DNA from: Nitrosopumilales archaeon
GTDB lineage: Archaea > Thermoproteota > Nitrososphaeria > Nitrososphaerales > Nitrososphaeraceae
Length of the DNA: 16,396 nt
NCBI GenBank assembly: GCA_044507735.1
Contig: JBIQJB010000003.1
Span: 122,921-139,316 of the forward strand
Reading direction: 5' to 3'
Shown here: positions 6,899-15,112 of the stretch, in pieces
How positions within the stretch are numbered: the stretch's first letter is position 1
Layout of the letters: every line of letters starts with the position of its first letter
Made by a program: the position numbers and the translations under genes
Notes under the pieces: generated by a model
The model's database searches: none
What the model was told of the DNA's origin: nothing
Seen by the model: only the letters and a program-made list of their open reading frames with translations

Positions 6899-8620
6899 GT
6901 GATTCTGGTGGCACTTGTTGCCATTTCTGCTGTCTCGATATTCCTTGCTTATACTTCTCTACAGAGTACAGAGGTGCGCCTCGATCTTACCGCAGTGCAA
7001 GAGGCGAGGAGAGTCCTAGTTGACGATACGAACCACGCAGTAGAGGATCTGGGTCGGAATCTTGACACCATCAGCAGGAGACTGCAGATCGCAGCATCAA
7101 GCTATGCGCTGTCAGAGAGAGATGATAGCGAAGAAGCGCGCGCACTGCTTGACATGATAAACGTGGGACTGGAGCGGTACACTCAGAGTATAGACTATGT
7201 TGACAATAAGGGCACCCTCTTGCTAACAACGGAAAGAGAGTTGCTTGACCCGACCGGCTCTGACAGGTCGGATGGGTTGTATTATGTACAAGCCAGGGAG
7301 AGGAGGCAGCCCGTCGTCACAGAGGTATTCCAGGCAACAGACGGCAAGGCGAGTGTTTCTATCGCTGTCCCCATCTTTACATCAGAAGGTAATTTTGAAG
7401 GAGTGGTTGCAGCAATCATACCCACAGAGTACATAGTAGAAGCAGTTGAAGATCACTTGTCATTCACAGAGAACAATGTCTTCTTGATTGCGACAGACGG
7501 CACCATAATAGGACATGCAGACGGGAGTATGATCGGGATGAGTATTTTTGACCAGTTTGATGGGCGAAATGATGTTGTGAACCGAAACCTGCAGAATATG
7601 ATCGAAGGCAGATCAGGGGTATTTGAATACACTTCACCTGAAGGGCAGAGGAGAGTTGCAGTTTATTCCCCGGTAGGGTTTTCTGGCATACACACATGGT
7701 CTGTATTCATCACCACGTCGCCGCCCCAGAGTCAAGCCTTTTCAACTGTCCTAAATGATCAAAGAGTCTTCACAATAGTAGCAATAATCCTAATAGGCAT
7801 GATAGCTGCCATATTCATAACATTCATCCTCACGCTAAACAGCAGGCTTCACGTGATAGTGCAAAAGCAAGAACAGCAAATAAGAGGTCAGCTTGACGAC
7901 TTGCGTGACACCTATGAGAGACTCACAGAACAAGACAAGATGAAGGACGAATTCATCAACATTGCGGCCCACGAGCTCCGCACGCCGGTGCTTCCGATAA
8001 TCCTCAGTGCAGAGGGCTTGGCGGAGGAGATTGGCAGTAACAATAGCAAGATCGAGATTATTCTACGTAACGCCAGGCGGATAAACAAGCTGACAAATGA
8101 CATCCTGGATGTTAGCAGGATCAAGAGCAACACATTCAGGCTGCAGAAGGAACAGGTCAGCCTAAAAAAGATCATAGAAGAGTCCATCCAGGACGTTATT
8201 TTTAAGATGGCAGAGAACAAGAGCCATAACCTCAAGATAGCGATTGATTCAAAACTGCCCGAGGGTAAGGACGAAATCTCGGCAGACAGAGGCAGGCTCA
8301 ACCAAGTGTTTGCGAATCTCCTGGACAACGCTGTCAACTTTACCGATCAGGGTACGATAACAGTTAGTCTGCAGCAGGGAACAGATCCGGGATTTACTGA
8401 GGTAAGGGTGACAGATACGGGCAAGGGCATAGACCCAGCGATCCGCCCCAGGCTGTTTGAGAAGTTTGCTACAAAATCAGAAAAGGCCAAGGGCACCGGC
8501 CTCGGGCTGTATCTCTGCAAGGCGATTGTAGAGGCACACGGTGGCAGAATATGGGCAGAAGATAATATTGGGGCGGGCAAGGGAGCAGTGTTTGCTTTTT
8601 CGCTCCCAACGCAAGGCTGA
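6899..8620 (+). CDS. Membrane sensor histidine kinase (extracellular dCache-like domain, HisKA, HATPase_c)
   Basis: Two TM helices flank a Cache-like region (YYVQA...VSIAVPI...GVVAA); H-box AAHELRTP, N-box NLLDNA, G1 DTGKGI, F-box LFEKF, G2 GTGLGL. Start uncertain. Confidence 0.93.
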   Translation: MILVALVAISAVSIFLAYTSLQSTEVRLDLTAVQEARRVLVDDTNHAVEDLGRNLDTISRRLQIAASSYALSERDDSEEARALLDMINVGLERYTQSIDYVDNKGTLLLTTERELLDPTGSDRSDGLYYVQARERRQPVVTEVFQATDGKASVSIAVPIFTSEGNFEGVVAAIIPTEYIVEAVEDHLSFTENNVFLIATDGTIIGHADGSMIGMSIFDQFDGRNDVVNRNLQNMIEGRSGVFEYTSPEGQRRVAVYSPVGFSGIHTWSVFITTSPPQSQAFSTVLNDQRVFTIVAIILIGMIAAIFITFILTLNSRLHVIVQKQEQQIRGQLDDLRDTYERLTEQDKMKDEFINIAAHELRTPVLPIILSAEGLAEEIGSNNSKIEIILRNARRINKLTNDILDVSRIKSNTFRLQKEQVSLKKIIEESIQDVIFKMAENKSHNLKIAIDSKLPEGKDEISADRGRLNQVFANLLDNAVNFTDQGTITVSLQQGTDPGFTEVRVTDTGKGIDPAIRPRLFEKFATKSEKAKGTGLGLYLCKAIVEAHGGRIWAEDNIGAGKGAVFAFSLPTQG

Positions 8621-8714
8621 ATCGCGCCCGTCTGGCAGTCAGGCATGCAAATCTGCGATCATTAACGATTCCATCTACGCGCACACGCATGCACACCTAG
8701 CAAGTTTAATTACC

Positions 8715-8758
8715 GACATGGGCAGTATCGCTTGTGGCTAGGAACTGTTGCCCATGTC
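8715..8758. repeat. Inverted repeat/hairpin GACATGGGCA...TGCCCATGTC
   Basis: Perfect 10-bp arms at 8715-8724 and 8749-8758, extendable inward with G-U pairs; intergenic between the converging kinase gene and SRP RNA. Confidence 0.55.
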
Positions 8759-8987
8759 TGTCACGGAAACTGTTGCCTATCGGTGCAAGTTCAGCAACTA
8801 GCCACTATTATTGCCATCACAGTCACGAACACAGTAGAGATATCATTGCAGAGTCACTGGAGATGCACGGACGCTGGTTCTGGCTTCCACTCTGTCTTGA
8901 TTAGGGCCAGCGATGGAGGAGCCAAGGAGTCGAGGAATTCTTCATTCGGTGCTAAGGCAGGGTTCCCCCGTGAGAATATGGTATTAT

Positions 8988-9302
8988 GGAGGCAGCCGAC
9001 CGGTACCACCGTTGGCAAAAGGCCCCATTTCAAGCCCCGCAAGATCCACCGCGTAGACGTGTTAGCACGGTTACGCCGCCTTAGGATTGCTCCCTCCCGG
9101 ACCTCACCCATTTCGACGATTCGCGGTCGAGACTGCGCCTTCGCGCAGTTCGCCGCTCATAACCATCCGACACGGCGCGATTTCATTTCAGCAGAGCAAG
9201 CGGGTACCTTCCACCAGCGGATTTACCCGGCCGTTACTGATCCTGGCATAAAGCCGATTTCCAGTATGGGGCACGGCTGGCGCCCCGATCCTCCCTGCCT
9301 CC
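8988..9302 (-). ncRNA. ffs: Archaeal signal recognition particle RNA (7S RNA)
   Basis: About 315 nt. Helix 1 termini GGAGGCAG/CUGCCUCC; Alu domain with complementary loops AGCCG/CGGCU; helix 6 CUGCGC-GAAG-GCGCAG (GNAR loop, 9133-9148); helix 8 GAGGUCC-GGGA-GGGAGCA (SRP54 site, about 9084-9109). Confidence 0.93.
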
Positions 9303-9323
9303 GCCCAATATCTTGCAGAATGA

Positions 9324-10277
9324 CTATATTTGCTTGTTGGCCGATCTAGTGAGCAATTCCACAGTCTTGCAGGCTGAGCATACTTCGCCTGTCGAATCTC
9401 GCCCGCAGACTGAGCATTTCCTCGGCTCCACATTTGGCATATTGCGCAGGATTTTTGCAATTTTCATCATCGAGCTATAGGCGTTCAGCTTGATCCCCGG
9501 GTGCGCCTTTTCCATGTTGTTAAAGAACTGCCGAAGCTCAGTCCGAATGCTCTCATTCATGTAGGGGCACTCCTCGGACTGGAACGGAATCTCGCGCTGG
9601 AGTGCATAGAATGCAATTTCGTACTCGTAAATCTCGATGAATGGCTTGACCTTTTTCATGTTGCTGCTAGCATACTGAACTGGTTCTGGATAGATCCAGC
9701 CTATCCGCTCCACGTCGCCGGCTAGCGTGTTTATCATAAATGTCTGCAGCTGGTCATCCAAGTTGTGCGCAGTGGCAACCACGTCCGCATCCACAGATTC
9801 AGCAGCAATGTCGATTGCACGTCTTCTAAATGTGCCGCACATGGAACAGGACGACATTTTCTCTGACGGCCGCAGCATCATTGCTTCGTCCATGTCGATA
9901 CCAAAGAGAGACTTGTAGGAGAGCACCCTGATCTCTATTCCAAGCTGCGCGCAAAAGTCCTTCACGATCTGAAGCGATTCATCACGGTAGCCCCTGATGC
10001 CCTCATCTATCGTCACTGCAACCAGTTCGTTGGCGTTATTTGGATGTTGATCAAAGAGAACCTTCATCACATACAATAATGATAAGCTGTCCTTGCCGCC
10101 GGAGACGCCTACTGCCACTCTGTCACCGTAACTTATCATAGAATACTTTGATATCGTCTTTGCAGCCTTGTCCTCGATAGAGCGCACATAGCACTTCTTG
10201 CAAAGATACTCTCCAGAGTATGCCCTGTGGAACACGCTCTCGCTCTTCTGGCACCTGCTGCAGATCGCCACGGTCAC
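9324..10277 (-). CDS. tRNA 2-thiolation protein, TtuA/NcsA/Ctu1 (PP-loop) family
   Basis: N-terminal Zn finger CSRC...H...CKKC, PP-loop SGGKDS, CSMC and ECPY Fe-S ligands, ATAHNLDD, C-terminal CSVC...CSAC. Likely start GTG 10277 or 10271; the ORF track extends to 10319. Confidence 0.9.
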   Translation of the reverse strand: MTVAICSRCQKSESVFHRAYSGEYLCKKCYVRSIEDKAAKTISKYSMISYGDRVAVGVSGGKDSLSLLYVMKVLFDQHPNNANELVAVTIDEGIRGYRDESLQIVKDFCAQLGIEIRVLSYKSLFGIDMDEAMMLRPSEKMSSCSMCGTFRRRAIDIAAESVDADVVATAHNLDDQLQTFMINTLAGDVERIGWIYPEPVQYASSNMKKVKPFIEIYEYEIAFYALQREIPFQSEECPYMNESIRTELRQFFNNMEKAHPGIKLNAYSSMMKIAKILRNMPNVEPRKCSVCGRDSTGEVCSACKTVELLTRSANKQI

Positions 10278-10354
10278 TAAAATCTCATTGCAAGGGTTAT
10301 TAACTATTCGAGCGAACATGAACTGTTATTAGATCAATAGTCTGTACTCTTTCT

Positions 10355-10855
10355 GTGCCACTGCCCCCAGACATGCTTGATGACATCAACCTCAGAATCA
10401 TCGACATGCTCATGAATGACGCGTCTCGGCCATTTGTAGACATTGCAAAAGAGCTAGGGATATCTGACGCGACTGTGCATATGCGCGTGCGTAGATTGGT
10501 GGCTGCTGGAATCATACGCCGATTTACAATAGCCACCGACAACAATCTCTTGGGCTATGACCATCTTGCGTTCATGGGCATTAACATGAGTGAGGGATCT
10601 GCAGACGAGGTAACTGCAAAGTTGTCGCAATATGACGAGATACTGGAGATACACGAGATACACGGCCGATTCGATCTGTTATTGAAAGTACGGGCAAGGA
10701 ATCTTGAAGAGATGCGCGATATCGTGGTGAACAAGATCCGACAGATACCTCAGGTAACTGATGCCGAGCTCATAACGGTACTGAAGACGATAAAGGAAGA
10801 ACAATCAGTATCGCTAAAAAGAGAAATTTCCGACGCAACGGCAGCCGCAACGTAG
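10355..10855 (+). CDS. Lrp/AsnC family transcriptional regulator
   Basis: LDDINLRII...DASRPFVDIAKELGISDATVHMRVRRL HTH and C-terminal RAM domain (HEIHGRFDLLLKV); alternative start ATG 10373. Confidence 0.93.
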   Translation: MPLPPDMLDDINLRIIDMLMNDASRPFVDIAKELGISDATVHMRVRRLVAAGIIRRFTIATDNNLLGYDHLAFMGINMSEGSADEVTAKLSQYDEILEIHEIHGRFDLLLKVRARNLEEMRDIVVNKIRQIPQVTDAELITVLKTIKEEQSVSLKREISDATAAAT

Positions 10856-10866
10856 AAAACAAAGGC

Positions 10867-11082
10867 CTACTTTTGCTGCTTGTCTTTCTTGGAAGATTGC
10901 CACCAGTCGAGGTACTCGTCGTGATGCTTTCTGCGGGGATCTTCCCTTGACTTCTCTGCCTTGTCGCGGAGCTCGTCTATCTTTTCCCGGGTCGCAAAGA
11001 GGCCGCAGCTCTTGCAGATAAAGTTCTTGGTAACAAGGTCAAACTTGAGTTCTCCTCCGCATTCGGGACAAAAGCTTGCCAA
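10867..11082 (-). CDS. Small zinc-ribbon protein
   Basis: CPECG-x12-CKSCG zinc ribbon plus charged helical tail (EYLDWW); convergent with the Lrp gene. Confidence 0.8.
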   Translation of the reverse strand: MASFCPECGGELKFDLVTKNFICKSCGLFATREKIDELRDKAEKSREDPRRKHHDEYLDWWQSSKKDKQQK

Positions 11083-11148
11083 TTATAGCTCTATCCGGCT
11101 CTCGATAATAAAAGGTTTTCAAGTAACCCGTTCCAACTTTATTCTGCC

Positions 11149-11361
11149 GTGCGTTACTCGGTTTCTGTGCACTTTGGCTCAGGCGAAAGGCTGGAGGTCA
11201 AAGGGGACGAAATCGCCATTTCGCTCAAGGCAGAGCCTGAGCGTGGTAAGGCTAACAGAGAGCTAGTGAAGAAACTTGCAAAGCACTTCGGTGTAAGCGA
11301 GGATCGAGTGAGAATAATATCTGGACTGACATCTCGAAAAAAAATAGTCGAGGTATGGTAG
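11149..11361 (+). CDS. DUF167 (UPF0235/YggU-like) protein
   Basis: AEPERGKANRELVKKLAKHFGV...IISGLTSRKK matches the DUF167 signature. Confidence 0.9.
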   Translation: MRYSVSVHFGSGERLEVKGDEIAISLKAEPERGKANRELVKKLAKHFGVSEDRVRIISGLTSRKKIVEVW

Positions 11362-11808
11362 AAGATAACACCGCTCTAATCCAAGGTCCACAAAGATCGC
11401 CAGCGCGGCGGAGGGAGAGGGATTACATAACAGGCGGCCAAGGTGGGCCAGGGGATACGAGCGCTGCATCCGGGCATTGGAGATGGTGTGTGTATTTCAA
11501 AGATCATGCTTTTATCGTACCTGATTCGCTAGCAGGTAAAACAACCTCTCTTTGTCAGAAGGTTGAAGACTAGTTGATTGCAAAGGATACCAATCAGGGC
11601 AAAGATTTGTGCCGCATCACGTCATGAGGCTTGGAATAGCTGGCCGGCCTGCAAAGCATGTGAGAGTGATGCATATGGAAACAAGAGCATGAATACTGCG
11701 ATATTCGGTGCATGGACTTTGGTCGTCATTCCGCCTGAGGCAGTCAGTTCGCCCGTCGAAGCACCATGCACCGAATAATTGAAATCCTCACTTTTGAAAA
11801 TTAAACCT

Positions 11809-12219
11809 TTACTGCAAAATCCTGCAGGCGTCTGCATCGACTCTTGCAACAACGCCGTTCTTCATTGCAGGGGCACCTTCTGGAAGGTCGACTACCGGGA
11901 TATTGGCTATCGCACAGCCTGATGCAGTGGTGATGTCGGCCTTGGTGCACACGACTGCGCTCGGTGCAGTCCCGTACTCACTTAAGGAATAGATTGCATA
12001 TGCACCAACGCTGCTTCCAACTGCGTAAGGAAAAACGAGCACCGTTCCCTTGATCGATTTGCCATAGAGCTCGTGTCTTGAGTCGGTTATCGTGCCTGTC
12101 TTCGGGTCTACCATCGCAAGAAAGTTTATTGGCTGGGATGTGACCATTGCCGGCCCTTCCCCTGAACCTCCAACGATTCTCTTGCAGTTATTGATTATCA
12201 AGGTCATATCATTCTGCAT
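11809..12219 (-). CDS. Aconitase X swivel subunit (DUF126); putative phosphomevalonate dehydratase small subunit
   Basis: GEGPAMVT..PINF, VDPKTGTI...HELYGKSIKGTVLVFP, GSSVG (catalytic Ser), ASGCAIANIP; alternative start ATG 12207. Confidence 0.9.
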   Translation of the reverse strand: MQNDMTLIINNCKRIVGGSGEGPAMVTSQPINFLAMVDPKTGTITDSRHELYGKSIKGTVLVFPYAVGSSVGAYAIYSLSEYGTAPSAVVCTKADITTASGCAIANIPVVDLPEGAPAMKNGVVARVDADACRILQ

Positions 12220-13354
12220 ACTCTTTCGCTATCGTCCTGATGTCCTTGAGGGCAACCTTGACCTTGTTAGAGTTGTTCAGGTAGTACGCGCCCTTGACGC
12301 TGTTTGACACAACAGAATCATACTTTTCCTTGCTGACATAAGGCGTCAGACATGTGCACGAGTCACACATGAATTCTGCGCCTGCCTTTTCCAGCTTGCC
12401 TGTCAGACCGATCTTTGCCGCCTGGTTGTGAATTGCCCTTGAACAGAATATCATGCATCGTCTGTTGAACTTTTTCCCTTCTGTAAGATTTGCCAAGAGG
12501 TTGAGCTCGTTCATTCCAAGCTGCGGGCTTCCAAGCGTGATAATGTCGCCATCATCTGCCGTGGAGATCTCATCCCTCATCGCTTGCGCCTCCTTCTTGC
12601 CAAACGAGATTGTTTCCCCGGCTTCTCCGAGTGTAAACATGCCGCAAGAGCCCGATGTCCCTATAGCACCAGACAGCGCCTTTGCCTCGATGGTCGACGG
12701 CTCTGGCATGTTGAAAGCGACCGAACTATCCTTTACCATCTTGCCAGCAAAGTAGCCAAGCAGACCATAATCCAGCTCACTTTCAAACTTGAAATCAGGC
12801 TTTACCGCGACTTTCGGGTTCCTTCCTTCTTCGAGCCGAAGGTCAGAGAGCGGTGCCTTGCCAGTGACTGAACTGGCCAGAGCAGACAGAGCGCTCTCTT
12901 TGTTTGTTCTCAGTCCGAGCAAAGAGTTCGAAAAAACGGCAGCATTGCTTTCCGCAAAGCTAACCGCAGATCCCTTTTCAGGAAGGTCGAAAACCTCGTA
13001 GGGGGTACAGGTGAAGGATGGCTCGACTCCCATTTTCTCGTACGATTTTACAATGCTGCTCTGCTTTTCCTGAAACTTTTCAGATATGCCTTCTGGATGG
13101 TTCCGGTCATATCCCATCGGGTTGATCGTCGTCTTGACTGTAACCCGGGCGGTCTTGCTAAACTTGTCAAGGAATTGCACCCCTGCGTCGCCTATGGTGT
13201 TGTAATTGACACCAGAGACATGGGCCCATTTTATCGGGACGAGTCTTTGCGCACCTGTGGCCTCGCCTATTGCGACCAGAATCCTGTATGCAGATGCGAG
13301 CGCCTCACCCCTGTTACCCGCAAGCGCTTCTTCTTCGTCCCTTGTAAGCTCCAA
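12209..13354 (-). CDS. Aconitase X catalytic subunit (DUF521); putative phosphomevalonate dehydratase large subunit
   Basis: MELTRDEE..LAG, AHVSGV, TTINP, FTCTPY, AESNAAVFSNS.LG.RTN.E, NSVKGAYY; paired with DUF126. Confidence 0.92.
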   Translation of the reverse strand: MELTRDEEEALAGNRGEALASAYRILVAIGEATGAQRLVPIKWAHVSGVNYNTIGDAGVQFLDKFSKTARVTVKTTINPMGYDRNHPEGISEKFQEKQSSIVKSYEKMGVEPSFTCTPYEVFDLPEKGSAVSFAESNAAVFSNSLLGLRTNKESALSALASSVTGKAPLSDLRLEEGRNPKVAVKPDFKFESELDYGLLGYFAGKMVKDSSVAFNMPEPSTIEAKALSGAIGTSGSCGMFTLGEAGETISFGKKEAQAMRDEISTADDGDIITLGSPQLGMNELNLLANLTEGKKFNRRCMIFCSRAIHNQAAKIGLTGKLEKAGAEFMCDSCTCLTPYVSKEKYDSVVSNSVKGAYYLNNSNKVKVALKDIRTIAKEYAE

Positions 13355-13427
13355 ACAGATACTTAATTTCTATAAAGACTATAAGAACCATTAGGCAATT
13401 ATAGCGTTTACACGGAGCTTATGTAGA

Positions 13428-14108
13428 ATGGCGGCCAAGCTCCCAATGGGGCTCATTTTGAAAAAGATGGAAGCGGCGCTCAACCGTGAAAAGCCTCCGC
13501 GGCTTACCGCGCTCAGGGGACTCCAGATGGAAGAGCAAGGCGACTCTTTCAAGATCCTTATTGGGACGATCCTGTCAGCGCGCTCGCGGGACGAGAACAC
13601 TACAAAGGTCGTCAACAAGCTCTTTTCAAGGTTCAAGACCCCTCAGGAATTGGCAGTGGCGGACATAGATGAGATCAAGAAAATAATCCACAGCATTGGA
13701 TTTTTCAACGTAAAGGCGGAGCGCATCAAGCGGGTTTCGCAGGTTCTGGTCAGCAAGTTCGCCGGGAAGGTGCCTTCCGACATAGACCAGCTGTTGGAGC
13801 TGCCGGGAGTGGGAAGAAAGACTGCCAACTGCGTGTTGGTCTATGCATTTGACAAACCGGCCATCCCAGTAGACGTACACGTCCACAGGATTTCAAACAG
13901 GCTCGGGCTCGTTAGCACCAAGACGCCGGAGCAGACCGAACGCGAGTTAAGCGAGCTTGTGGATCGGCGCTTGTGGACTAAGGTGAACGACACATTTGTC
14001 ATGTATGGACAGAACATCTGTCTGCCGGTAAAGCCAAACTGCAAGGTCTGCGACCTGAAAAAGATGTGTCACTATTACTCTTCTACTGTTATGGCTTCCT
14101 CTTCTTGA
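13428..14108 (+). CDS. nth: Endonuclease III (HhH-GPD DNA glycosylase/AP lyase, 4Fe-4S)
   Basis: ILSAR, LLELPGVGRKTAN (HhH with catalytic Lys), IPVDVHVHR, C-x6-C-x2-C-x5-C cluster motif. Confidence 0.95.
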   Translation: MAAKLPMGLILKKMEAALNREKPPRLTALRGLQMEEQGDSFKILIGTILSARSRDENTTKVVNKLFSRFKTPQELAVADIDEIKKIIHSIGFFNVKAERIKRVSQVLVSKFAGKVPSDIDQLLELPGVGRKTANCVLVYAFDKPAIPVDVHVHRISNRLGLVSTKTPEQTERELSELVDRRLWTKVNDTFVMYGQNICLPVKPNCKVCDLKKMCHYYSSTVMASSS

Positions 14109-14769
14109 ACAGCAAGAGCCCCGCCAGCAGGGCACCCACGCCCAGCGTGACAGCGAGGGGTACATAGTAGAGTGAGGATTGCTCAAAGCTCCCATAGAGA
14201 ATCTCAAAGGCTATGTTCCCAGAGTAAGTGTTGGCAGTGGTCTTGTCGACATCGTTGCCATAGACGGCTACAGAGCTGAGCACAAAGCCATCGACGTCCA
14301 GTCTGTCTACCACCGTCCTTCTGCCGTTCGTGACCGTAACACCGCCATTTTCCACACTGGTCACCGTTATTGGAGACTCTGTGGACCAGCCGTTTTCCTC
14401 ATCGTACATTCGTGCATATCCTGTTTCCTCCGTGTTGAACGCTACCCAATACCTCTTGGACTCCCCTCCGTACATCACAAGCTCGATGTACTTCTCGCTT
14501 GGAGCAGGTTCCTGAAACCTTATCACCGTCCTTGAGTCAGTGCTTGGAACATATTCTAGATTGTTCCTTATCGTCATTATCCAGCTCGCATCTTTGGGCT
14601 CGTCAAAAGTATAGATTACAGGGTCGTCTTTACCACGGTTTGATGCGTCAAAAGGCAGGATGAAACTCTCAGTCCTGTCTGTCTTGAACTCCTGGTACTG
14701 TTGTTGGGCCCAGGCTACAGAGGGCAATAAAACCAAGAGCAAGAAAACTGCTGCAAGCAGCGGACGCAT
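14089..14769 (-). CDS. Hypothetical surface protein with signal peptide and C-terminal membrane anchor
   Basis: From ATG 14769: MRPLLAAVFLLLVLLPSVAWA signal peptide, acidic beta-rich body, C-terminal TM helix ending in KKRKP; TATA-like tract at about 14794-14802. Confidence 0.82.
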   Translation of the reverse strand: MRPLLAAVFLLLVLLPSVAWAQQQYQEFKTDRTESFILPFDASNRGKDDPVIYTFDEPKDASWIMTIRNNLEYVPSTDSRTVIRFQEPAPSEKYIELVMYGGESKRYWVAFNTEETGYARMYDEENGWSTESPITVTSVENGGVTVTNGRRTVVDRLDVDGFVLSSVAVYGNDVDKTTANTYSGNIAFEILYGSFEQSSLYYVPLAVTLGVGALLAGLLLFKKRKP

Positions 14770-15112
14770 GTAATGAAAATAGAATCCTTCTAGTAATATA
14801 TACGACTCGCCACCATCTCTATTGCGCCAGATGCTTTGACATGCGGGGATAGTTCTCTTCCGAAGCATCGTGAATCAATAAACTTGATGACTAGCAATTC
14901 GACACGTGTCTGCTAGGTCTTCACAATATGATTGGTTGTGCTGTGCTAGCGTTCCTTCGGGGACCAGCATTTCTTTCAATATCGATTGTAACGGCCCCCA
15001 GTTGACTGTTTTATTGTAAAAGCAGGTGGAACGGCTGTTCCAAGCATTCCTGATATACCCCCTACCGAAAGTAATAGATGGTAGTAGCAGGTTGTATACC
15101 GCTGCCGGTTCA

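Noticed and set aside
8988-9302. RNase P RNA as an alternative identity
   Set aside because: No GAGGAAAGUCC-type P4 motif; SRP helices 1, 6 and 8 are present.
8732-9460. ORFs 8732-9349 (+), 8854-9111 (-) and 9188-9460 (-)
   Set aside because: They overlap the GC-rich SRP RNA and show no protein-like features.
11355-11573. 72-aa ORF after DUF167
   Set aside because: No motif and atypical composition; not supported as a CDS (region kept as a low-level finding).
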